Shown here one piece after another: positions 24,401 to 36,500 of a DNA stretch of 64,000 bases. The stretch is taken from NCBI GenBank assembly GCA_047967505.1, contig CM106538.1; one strand, given 5' to 3'. The position numbers and the translations under genes are program-made. This stretch comes from Dipteris shenzhenensis (taxonomy: Eukaryota). The notes beneath the pieces were generated by a model. It made no database searches. It was not told the DNA's origin and worked only from the letters and a program-made list of their open reading frames with translations. The stretch's first letter is position 1. Each line of letters begins with the position of its first letter.

Positions 24401-27400
24401 TCTATGTTAGAATCAATGCTCTAATTATGAAGTGATTGTCAATTAATCCAAAGTCTTAGATTTCTTACTTCAACAATGTTTAATTCATCGACCCTAGTGT
24501 TGGGAGTTCCACAAAAACAACATCCTTAAGAATTCTGGGTAGAGATAATCCTTCTAATCAAAAAAAAAATCCCATCCAAAGAAATCCATTAAGTGTTCAT
24601 GGAACCGACCTATCTTGACATAAGAAAGACCTCTTATTTTTTGGATGGATATGATAGAGCTCACTAAAGAATAAATCCAAGTTGCTAGCTTTGATTGGGT
24701 ACTATAATGCAAGAGGTGAAAGAACAAATAGCAAAGAGTCAATGGAATTCTTGCTCTCAACATGAAAGTTAGAGGTACCACCTTTGAAGGTGAAAAATTA
24801 TCTAATTGTATGACCTATGCAAGATAAAATGTGCAGTTTGAACCAGATGTTGCTATTCTCATTAGTGATTGTATCAGAGACCTTAAATTGTACTAAGCTA
24901 GAATTGCCTTAGCATAAATGGCTATAGTTCTATCTATATGTCGGCATTCAAAGATAGTTTACACAAGACTTTTGATTTTGAGAATGTGTAGTAAAGCTTT
25001 GCAAAATGTTGCATACCAATAGGTATTTTAAAGAGTTCACTTGTGAAGAACATGGTAGGGTTCGTCTCGAGTTCGTTTGTGCATCAACAACAATTTTTGG
25101 AGCTCATTTGTGCATCAACAACAATTTTTTCATTGCATCATGTTAGAAAATTGCATGTACTACAAATACTAATACATGAGAGTGTACTTGATATGTGCTT
25201 CTATAGATTGGACTCCTAAAACGATTGTTTATTAGTTGTATTTGATACATATTATTTGGAAAAATATCAAAGAAATGTAACCAGCTTTCAATGCATCTAC
25301 AGAAAATTCAAAGTAGGGACCTTCCCTAAGTTCACCAAAATCTTTATCTCCTCAAAGAATTAACTATCCACCATCTCCTGCTTGGTAGGCCGAGTACCAT
25401 CTCTTTTGCACACACACACACGCACACATGTGTGTGTGTGTGCGCATGTGCGTGTGTGCACAACCATATATCTATATCTATCTATGCAAACATACACACA
25501 AACACATGCTTATACATTCTTTTAAGTTTTAAGACTGGGCGTTCTGAATTCTTTAAAAAAGCTTTGATGCCTGAAGAAGGTTGTGACTGGGCTACGATGC
25601 TCAATTGTGATACTGGTTACGTGAAAGTTTGTTGTTCTGGTCACACAATTGTGACTACGATGTCACGATGTGTATAGGGATTGTGAACTCCGATGTTCAT
25701 CTTCTCTACACGTTTTTGTTTCCCTTTTTTAGATTCAAGAGTGTATGTTGGGGACTCCTCTCAAGGGTTCAAACTATTGTGCATGGTTCTAATTGAGTCG
25801 ACTCACTAGCCACATGGACACTAGGTGGCAGCTTGAAGGTGATTGGACCATGCAAGTGATTGAGGGTCTTTCAATTGATGGAAGACACTTGGGTGTCTCT
25901 TGGTTGGCAGCGAGAGCCTTCTAGAGAGTCACGAGTTGATGGCAGCAACCGACTCGCCTGAGTTTCAGAGTATATCTTACATGAAAGAGACTAGTCTTCT
26001 CTCTTTGTCGAGGCATTCGTGCCTATAGAGTCAAAGCTATATGCTTCATAGTATTGTGTGTCTTTTGATTTGTTTGTATGCCAACAAACCGAGTACAAGT
26101 GAGGCGTAGTCCTGAGTCTTTTAGAATAACATCTCGTGTCATTTTATGCATCAAAGCTTGCTCTGTTTTCTCTGTTTCTACACTATTCGTAATCTTTGTG
26201 TAAATCAAGTTAAATCGATTCTATATGTGAAGAGTGAATCTCTAACAATATTTTCTAAGAGGGTAGCATGTGTGGCTTACTACTATTTCCTACATGACTA
26301 ACATTTTTGCATGAGGATAGCATGCATATATGCTCACAAACAAAGGCTTACATGACAACTTATAGGTCCTTGGTAGATATGTATCTATGGATGAAGTTCT
26401 CTTGATGGATAAAAATTTGACACCATCTTAGTACTTTTCATCTTCCATGAGGCTATCCCTAAATATGCCCTCACTAAGAATATGGCAATCATTGGGATCT
26501 CTTCAACCATAAGCAAGAAATAGAACCTTCTATGCATGTTTTGTCTATGATTGGATCCTTGCGAGCCTCTAAAAACTAAGTGGTGGCAAAGGTATTCCCC
26601 CTTATGAGACAAACACACTAAAGATGATAAGAGAAAACTCATTGACATAACACCAAAACAGGCCCAAAGAAATAAACTTGTATGTACAAGGTCCTTGAAT
26701 TTGTGTGTGCAAATATTATGATCTTTCTTGTCCATATCATCAAAATAGCCTAGCCCATGAAGGCAAGACATTGTGCTAGTTCAACAATGCTCTGTGACTT
26801 CTTGTGGAAGCGCTGCATGATTTTTTATGAGCTTCTTGTAACAAAAGAGTGGGTTAGAGCCTATAATGTCTCCAAGAGTGGTATAAAGCTTATAATATCT
26901 ATAGAATAGAAACATACACTTCATCGAATATAGTGCCTTTGCATCACATCTCCCTGTCTTTGCCATTAACACATTCAAAAAATCCTAACTTGATCGACTA
27001 TAGGCATCCATGAAACACTCATCAACTCGTGCACTATCTAGTACACTCGACACATGTGATTCACGACGGTTGATAGATGTAGACATATGAGTGACAAAAT
27101 GTAAAGGATTGTGCCTTAAAGAATACAAAATTAGCTTGATCCTCTAGAATCTTCTTGGCTAAATCCATTGAGGGCGCTTCAATGCCAATCTTTCTGATTT
27201 ACATGATTTTGGATTCCAAGGTCATGGAATTGGAATTGGAAATTTTTTGTCTATCGTTCAAAGCCATCACAATCTTCTTTAACTTCTGCTTGTCCTTCGC
27301 TATTATGGAAATTGATGTTAGAGACGTAACTCATGTATGGGAATCAAGGTATGTTTATATCAGAATCAAGATAGGTTTATAGGTGCCATACAAATGCAAC

Positions 27401-27503
27401 ATGGCAATACGAAATGCATGTAGGGTTGGGGCAATCCAATTAAGATCAAGAGGCATCGCATTTAATCTAAATGATAGCCTAGGAGAAGGTGGTTCTACTA
27501 GCC

Positions 27504-27504
<1 letters not shown>

Positions 27505-27540
<36 letters not shown>

Positions 27541-27860
27541 CGCTTTTACAAGTAAAGTTCCTCAATGAGAGTCAAAGATTAAGTAGAAAACAGAGACGGA
27601 TTTAGAGAGAGGAAGGGAGAGAGAGTGAGTTAGAGGGACTAAAAGAGAGGAAAATAGAGAGAGTGAGACAGACGGCTGAGAGAGAGAGAAAGTGCATCAC
27701 GGAGTGAGAGACTATAGAGAGGGACTGAGAGAGAGGAGAGTGAGTGAGAAAGAGGGACTGTGAGTGAGATGATAATGGAGAGATTAGCATGAGAGGAAGG
27801 AAGAGGGTGTGACGCTTATATATAGAGAGAGATATAGACAGAAGCTTTGAGAGGGAGAAG
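27505..27860. repeat. (GT)n(GC)n microsatellite followed by a GA-rich low-complexity tract
   Basis: Directly visible in the sequence. Confidence 0.9.
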
Positions 27861-28414
27861 TATCTAGACCATTAATCGTTTGTATACTTAGGTTAATCGG
27901 GCATATTTGCACCCTCTTCTACTCAACATTGTGCCTTGCCCCAAACTAATTAATGTATTTTTTAACATCATGGTAATGAAGATCTCCGATTCACATTAAT
28001 TAATTAGTTTTGCTGCATGGAGGCTTAATTAAGTTATGTTTATTTATGGCTTAATTTATATATGCTTTAATTAAGCTATGTTTCTTTTATTTATGGATTA
28101 ATTAACTTATGTTTCTCCATGGCTTAATTTATTTTATGCATAGACTATGTCCTAAGGGGGGCTTCCCCAAACTTTAAAGAAAAGATTAGAATCCAAAACC
28201 TTCTTTTTCCCATGAGTGAGCCCTACCACTAAGCTATAAAGTACTATTATATAACCATCTCCTTATAAGAGTATTACAAATGCTCCCTAGTATTACAAAT
28301 TCTCCCTCATCCCCCTCCCCCCCTCTTTAATTCCCCCCTCCCCACTCTCAAGTTCCCCCCTCTTTAATGCCCCTATCTTCCATTTACCTTTATACCTTAG
28401 TTTAATGATGGCCT

Positions 28415-30997
28415 TACTAGAACTCCTTGAAAATTTTAGCATTCAACCCATCTGGGCTTGGCACTTTCTCGTCCGCCAAAGTAGGGCCAGGCCAACCGCC
28501 CCTATTGGTACTCTGACACCCTCGGGGCTAGGTCCTCTAGGCCAGGACGTGATCGACATGGCCAATGTGGCGATGACAAACGGCACTCTCTTTGAAGACG
28601 TGAACTCAAGGCTTCTGAAGCTCATCCCCAAAAGATAGAACAGATTGAAAGTGGGGGACTGGAGGCCGCTAAGTCTGATGAACACCTTGTACAAGGTGAT
28701 TGCCAAGGCGCTAGTAGCTATCTGAAATCGAGAGATCTATCGCGTTTGTGGTGGATGAGGAGAAGAACCTCTTCATCATGGGGTGATACATTTTCGAGAA
28801 CGTTTTGAACATGTCTCTTGCTCTCGATCATGCCTCCCTCATCATAGGTCGCGAAAGGTTGTGATGTTCGGCCTGGATCTTGACAAGGCCTACAATAGGA
28901 TAAGGTGGGACTACATCACGACAGTGCTACTCCATTTGGGATTCGGCTAAGAGTTTGTCAATAAGGTTCTCTGCTTAGTTGGCAATGTAGCTGCGATTCT
29001 GTGCATCAATGGAGGGATGGTAGGTAGGTTTGAACTGAGGAGATCAGTCCAGCAAGGATGCCCGATCACTCCACTGCTGTTCACCATCGCGATGGTCCCT
29101 CTGATGCACATGATGAAAACAAAGGTGGCTAAAGGTGAAATCAGAGGTCTGGTTCCTCCGTCCGGTAGGAAGTTTTGCACCCAACTGTTTGTCGACAATA
29201 CTATATCTATCTCAAATGAAGATCCAGAGAGTGTGCATCACCTCCTTGAGGTGGTAGATAGATTTTGCAAGGTTTCAGGACCCGTTTGCAGTTGGAGCAA
29301 GTCATTCACATTGAGGTCATCACCCGACTCGGGATGGCTGTCCAACATGGGGGTCGCTATCTTGCTGAGAGGAGAAGTGATCAGATACCTTGGCTCACCC
29401 TTGGGACTAGGGATCACGCTCTGTCAGAGGTTCGATTGGTTCAAAGACAAGGTGAAGGCGAAGCTTAGGTCTTGGCATGACATCAACCTGGGTTGGAATG
29501 CCCAGAGCTTAGTCTTGTAGCACATCCTCACAGCCTCTATCACGTATGTAGCCTAAATATGGAACTTTAGGAAGACCCATTGGTAGAGATCGAAGCCCTT
29601 TTCAAGAGCATTCTGTGGGCGAAAGAGGCAGGAAAAAGGCGCATGCACTACATTCCTTGGAAGCCATTGAAAGTGCATAAACTTCAGGGAGCACTAGGCC
29701 TCCCAGATGTGAGGCAGAAGAACGTGGCATTGATAGCCAAATGGCTCCCCAGAATCTTTACCAAGCAGGCGCCATGGATTGAAATAACCAAGAGTTTTGT
29801 GGAGAAATGCAAGTCGAAGGATGTGGGACTTTGGGGCAGGTTGGGGTGGTATGAGAGACTCGTCTCTCAATTCTTGTGTAAAGTCGTAGGGTCCTTGGCA
29901 GCTGGCCTAGTCAGAGCTTGGAAGAGCACTGCACAGGCGTTGCGCCTAATAGGTAAGGCAAGGCCTTTGGCCTCCATGATTTGATTAGGGCAAGGAATCT
30001 CTATAGGAAGGGGATCTAGGTGTGGAAGGATGTTTGGAATCAACGCAAGGTAGATTCGAAGACCCTTGATGAGCTGAGAGAAGAGTTCACTATCTCACAG
30101 GGCAAGGAGGACCTGCTGCAGAGCAGTGCTCGAACGAACCCCATATGGGTGGCTGACAAAACAACATCAACGCTCGAAGGCCAATGGTTCATAGGCCAAG
30201 AACCCCGCTCCACAATATAACTACAAGGATCATTAGTAAACGCTTATTGTAGCAGGAGGGCTTGGCCATCAAGCTCAATAGATTATGCAGGAAGAAGAGG
30301 CTGACAGAGATCTGGAAGGACTGCAAGGTGGGCAAGGCAAAGTTCATTCTTTGGAAAACCTTGAATCAGTGGCTCCCGGTGGAAGCCAAGCTAGCGAGAT
30401 GGATGTAGGTCAATCCAGGGTGTACCTTATGTGGAAGCGCTCGTGAAGATGTCATGCACCTATGCTGGAAGTGCCGAGCTATTAGGGAAGTATGGAAACA
30501 ATTGGAAGTAGCAATCAGAGGCTTGGGCTTGATGGCAAGGTTTACCATCGAGGTGAAGTGGAGACTCCCAGTGTTAGGGGAGTGTACCAGATTGCCCTCC
30601 ACCTTGGCAACCTGTTGACCATATCTAAGGATGGTAGTGATTTTAGGGGTAAGGGAGATTAGGAACGGGATGGTCTTCAAACACGGAGTTCAAGCAGGTT
30701 TTAGGGTCATGACTATTCTAGCAGTCGTGAAAGTGTGCCTGAGAGTTTTTGGGAAGCTTCTAGACAGTTCGGACCCAGTCGTCAGCCACACCATCCTCTC
30801 GGTTGAGGCGGCATTTGGGGTAGGGTAAGTATGGCTCTGTGCTGCGTAGGCCTTGGGCTCTCGCCCCTAGGTTGGCCAAATTTTGTAAGGGTTCTTTTTT
30901 TAGGGGACTGAACCCATTTTTGGCCTACCCTAGGGTAGCCTAAGCAATGGCTACATTTTGGCAAAAGCCTAAATTCATTGTTTATGAATTAAAATAA
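28415..30997 (+). mobile_element. 5'-truncated L1-clade LINE (RT plus zinc-binding domain) with 5' inversion
   Basis: LKLIPK, DWRPLSLMNTLYKVIAKAL, LDLDKAYNRIRW, SVQQGCPITPLLF, QLFVDNT, IRYLGSPLG, CTLC...EDVMHLCWKC. A-rich end near 30990. Confidence 0.9.
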
Positions 30998-32009
30998 ACA
31001 TTTGTTTTAAAATGGATTCCCATTGGCCAAATTGATGGCGCATTCGTTGTTTGATGATCTCCCATTGGCAAAAATGACAGCGCTTTGAGTGGTTGGTGGC
31101 GCATGTGGTGGTGCCTTTGGTTTGTGTGGAGCTTTCCAGTTTTTTGTTTTTGACAAGCTCTTCAAGACTCGCCTCTTCCAACGTTGAGCATCTCCCTTCA
31201 CGCCTCTGCGAAGGCGACCATCTTCATTTCTCATGCATTAAAAGTCTAGGCTTAAGGTAGTTTCCATTCTCAGGACGCATCCTTCATGCCTTTGCAACAT
31301 TGAGGCTCTTCATTATTCATGCATTCAAAGCTCCAGGCTTATGTGACATTGTGTGGCAGTGGATGGTGAACTTCAACATGGTTCGGAGTCACTGCGGTAC
31401 TTATGCATCATTTCAATCATGTTTTCTTCTACAAGAAGGTTAATACATGTTTTGATTTTTGTGCAAGTGTATGCTCGATTGAGTTGAATCATCTGAATTT
31501 TCCAATGATGCAGTGGAGAGTTTTGCTGCTACATCTGTGGTCCCCACATCTTGTGTAGGCTTCACAATAACAACTCATGTGGAATGTAGTAAGAAGCATA
31601 AAAAACATAAAAGCGAAGAAGCACAAGTAGTGCCCTCCAAAAGAAGCAAGAAGGATGTGATTATTATTGATTAATACTCTATTATTTTGACATGTCTATG
31701 TAGGCATTTTTGAGAAGTATCTTGGCCAAAAAAAGTACATGGTTTTTCTTTCATTGTATTATTTTTGTATTGGCAAATATGTTATCTTTTGAAGCATTGG
31801 AAATATAATTAACATCAAATTTATGAGTAGTTCTATTGTTCTTTCAACTTCTTGATCTTAATTGATTTAATTTGTACATGATATTGTGTTTTCCATTCAA
31901 ACATTATTCTATTTCTAATCACATTGCACCACAAAGAAATATGATTGCTAAATAATATTGTCGTAAATAGTGTATTAGCTTACTTTCTTCCACATTTGTA
32001 CTTGCAGCA

Positions 32010-33450
32010 AGTAAACAAGTGTTGTGCAAAGAGAAAAACGATAAGGTTAACTCCTACAATGGTCCTAACCATTCCCAAAATTTGCAACCACCACCTCATA
32101 ACTTTCCTTCTATTGCCAAAGCCATAGTGCCATCAAAGGAAAACTATGTAGGTGGGGGCAACTCTCTAGTGCAACTTAGCATTACTCAACTATCCAATTG
32201 CACTCCTTATAGATTTGTGTTTGAGGGAAAGTTACTTTGTAAGTATGGTACTTACAAAGTAGTAAATCCAAAATATCCCACTTTCTTGAAAGGCGACCTT
32301 AGCGATAAGTTTTGTTCTCACACTCTCACTTTACTCTTTCCTTCCACTTACATTCATCAATTTGTAAACTTTTTACAAGTTGGAGAATTCTATAGAACTG
32401 AAGGAACAAGTGTTGTAGTAAAACGGCCAACAGAGTGAGGAACCTCTAGATTTTCTTTGCTTGTTGATGCTACCACTTGCATCGTTAGAGGTGAACCATT
32501 TGAAGGAAACCTTTGTTTATTGCCCAATTGTCCTCTATGCACATACGTCTCTTGGGCAGCAGAGCATATAAACTTCAGCAAGTTGAATAAATCAAATGTG
32601 ATGGGCACAATTGCAATAGTGATAATCAAAGTGGAAAATGAAGAAGGAATGGCCAATCAAATAATTGTTGCAGATGGACCAAGAGATGAAGACCGAGTTG
32701 CAGTGAGTTAATCTCAAAAGTTATTTCTTTTGTTTATCATGAAGTATGTTTTGTCTCATGTTCAATTTTCTTTTGTAGTTGTCGTCCATGAATGAAAGAA
32801 AACCTACATCATCCCAGCTTGTGCAAGAATTCAATGACGAAGGTGTTGTTATGTACATCTTAAAGAACGTATCATTCTTAAAGGCAAAGAATACAATTTG
32901 TGTATTCGACTTCACCATTTTGGTGAAGGTTGCTGATGGTCCAACCAAAGAAGCTTTGCAAATAGCATTTTCTAGCCAAGTTTCTTGGCTAGGCTATGGC
33001 ACAAAGGTGCATAATCTTGCCTCCACACTTTTAATAATTATTCAACCATTAAAAATTTCCTAACAAATTGTTGTGCAACAACAAGTATTTGGTATTTTGT
33101 ACTTCACAAATGTGAATGTAGACCTTGTGGAGCATGTATGTGAGACTTGTGGAGGATTTCACATTAGCAAAGACCACTTCGACCATATTGCTACTCTTGC
33201 AAAGGACCTCAAAATGTTGAGCAAGTTGCTAGCTTGACTGGTGATATAGTTCAACGCAATGGAGAAGTGGTTCCAATTCATGTTCAAGGTCCATATGTTG
33301 ACATAATACTTTCCTTGAGTGTTCCTTTCCTCCAAATGTATGAGGAAGATCTTATGATGGCATGAAGCAAGCTCAAAACAACAAAACCTAGCGGTAGCTT
33401 CATCATTAATAGTTCTAGATTTGTAATTGCATTTGAGCCTAATGCATAGT
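32010..33450 (+). pseudogene. RPA70-like OB-fold protein, intron-containing (copy B)
   Basis: SITQLSNCTPYRFVFEGKLLCKYGTY...GDLSDK...LQVGEFYR; IVADGPRDEDRVA followed by a GTGAGT..TAG intron (32703-32778); C-terminal HVCETC zinc motif. Confidence 0.72.
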
Positions 33451-33559
33451 ATTTGCATTTGCTTGCCACAATACTTTTGTTGTAATGCAACGTGTCAACA
33501 ACATTTGGAATTTGTTGTTTATTGACATAATTGAAATAAAAGTGTATTCATTTGTGAAG

Positions 33560-36500
33560 ATGGAATTGCAAACTTTCCTTCGGAAAAAACAATTTACAAA
33601 AGATGAAACTTTTAATAGTTTATATCCCTTGAATACAAATATCATTGTTTGTCTTGTTCAAATTTTTCCAAGCTTTACTTATGAGGAAATATTGACAACT
33701 CTATTCGAAAACATTGTTTCTGATATAAATCATTTTAGTGTTCCATGGTATACCTTCCAAGCAATGTCTAACAAGTCGTGTTTGACAATAAATGACATGC
33801 AAAACTTAGTTCAAAGTTAGTCGACATAACTTGCACTAATTGTTGATATTCTTAAAAGATTAACATTATGTTTGATACATCATTTACTTTGCTATGTTAC
33901 AATGGAGTAATCATCAAGAATACATTCTCAATAGGAGCCACCAAATGAACTAATAGACATACTTTCTTGTTAGATCAATCCAATGATGTTCACACACTAA
34001 CTCCATTAATCCATTTAAGTAAAAAATGAACATATCAAGTGTGGAATGAAAAAGATGCAAATGAAATACAACAAATATTGATTCAAAAGCCTTTGCTCTC
34101 AGCCAAAGAAGTTGCTTCGTTATTCTTCCAAACTTCAAAAGAACCAACTTATACAATGCAAGTTGTTTTAAACAAAGTATACAAAATGCAAAGAAATTTC
34201 CTTTACCTAGCTGCAATGTTGAATACATCAAAATTTGTTGAAGAAGAACAACACATCAAAAGAAAGTCACAACTATGCAAAAGAAAAAGAAATGACAACA
34301 TATATGAAGAACAATATTGGGAAAAAATATTGGATACCCCATCATTTCCATGTATTTGTTGTGGATCACTGAAATTTCTATTGAATATGAGAAAGCTCAT
34401 AGAGCAAAAAGCAATATTTTTGCAAACCAATGGATTTACTATATCAAAATCAACTTCAAAAAAACATTACTTGTGTTCTATTTGCAACAAAGAAGTCAAA
34501 AAAAGAAAAATGCCATTGCTAAATAAGAGGAAAATGCAAATGCCTACTATACTACCATCAACAAGTCAACTAAATCAACTCAAGGCACATTTGGTTAGCA
34601 ATTCGTATACCTTTTGCTCAAATTCATGAGCTTTTGTATGAAGGGCAATATGGTCTACATGGAATTATTGTGAATGTATTTGCTAATGTTGATAGATCTC
34701 AATAAGTATTGCCAAGATTCACAGGGCAAAATGACACTATTGCAGTTGCAATAAAACACAAGCTATCATACAAAGATAGCTACATGAGTGGTACTGTGCG
34801 TCCAACATTAACTATGCTTGCTTTGGTGGATTTATCACAAACTCCTCTATATAAGGAAAATAAGGCAAAAGTAAATCCTCTTTGGGAAAGTCATACTAAG
34901 AATGTTCAACAATTCGAAGAGCAATTACAAGATGATATTAAAGAGAATATCCAAATAGAAGAAGATGATATTGCAACAGATACTCTTGTTCATGGCATAT
35001 ATGCAAGCCAACAAGTTGTCGACTTTGAAGATCAAACTATTGTTGCAACACCTTCTGAAGGATTTTCACCCCTAAGTATTTTTAAAGACAAATATTGTGA
35101 GGAATTAGCATATCCCAATCTTTTTTATGGGAAAAAAAGGAACTATGCAATTCCAAAGCACACTTCATACCAAACTATTGCAACTTGAGAATTATTAAAT
35201 GTGGACCATGGGTTTGCAACGTCAATAGATAATCTATTTTTCAAAACAATGAAAATATTGGTCCATCAAATTCTTTCTTCATCTTGGGTTTGTATGCAGC
35301 GTAAAGCACAAACAAAAGGTAGAACATTGCAAGACAAAGATGTTCTTTTGGATACTAATATTGAAAAACTTCTACAATCCAACTTTGGATTTCGTGACTT
35401 CACACATCTAAGAACTTCGATTGATTATAAGCAACAACTCAAAGAAAACCTATTTGCAATGTTAAGACAATTAGGACCACCATGTTTCTTTATAACACTA
35501 TCTGCTATAGAAAAACTTTGGGAGCCACTTCTACAATGTCTGAGAAAACTAAATCCTCCAAAAGATTCCACAATTTCTAACCCAAATATAGAAATTCATA
35601 ATTTGATAAGATCTGATCCTATAACAATAGCACAATACTACATATACAAATTTCAAGCCCTTAAGAATTTATTAAAAAAAGATGCAACAAAAATAAATGA
35701 CTTCTTCTTTGTAATAGAATTTCAAAATAGAGGTAGTCAACATGATCATGGCCTCTTGTGGGTCCAAAATTCCCCTAGGTTTGGAATTGATTCCAACCAT
35801 GACATTGAAAATTTTGTTGATAAATACATTTCAACAAATATCTCCAAATTCCCCCATGACAAACACGAGATGCAAACACACAAACATTGTAAAACTTGCT
35901 TCAAAAGAAAAGATAAATGTAGTTTTGGATTTCCATGTTTTCTTATATTGCAACAAACACAAATCTTGGAACCTTTGGAAGATCATATCGAAAACAAATA
36001 CTTCAAAAAAAACAATGAGAAAAATTAAAAGTCAGCTACTAGAAGAACATACATTAACACTAGACTACACTAGCTTTCTAGATGCATTGACTATGTCTGA
36101 AGAGGATTACATTCTTTTAATTCGTTCTTCTATTTCTCAACCCACTTTATTTTTACAAAGGGAACCAAAAGACATTTACACAAATAACCTAAACCCAACA
36201 ATGTCAAAGTTATGGGGAGTGAACACAGATTTTCGATTCATTCGAAACCCACATGGAGTAGCTGCATACTGCACATCATACATAACCAAAATAGACAAAG
36301 AGACAACAAAAGTTGTGAGTTAGCACTCGGTACAAGTATTGCTTCCAACACTCCAATAAACGAGTGCATTCATAGAGTGGGAAATGCCATCTTGAATACT
36401 CAACATATTAGCTCTCAATAAGCAGTTTACTTGGCACTTTCTTTACCATTATCATCATCCACTAGACAATTTCAATATATTAACACAAATCCTCCCAAAA

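Noticed and set aside
25746-26247. Possible solo LTR (TGTTG...TAACA)
   Set aside because: The flanking 5-mers GTGTA and ATATT do not match and there is no second copy in the window.
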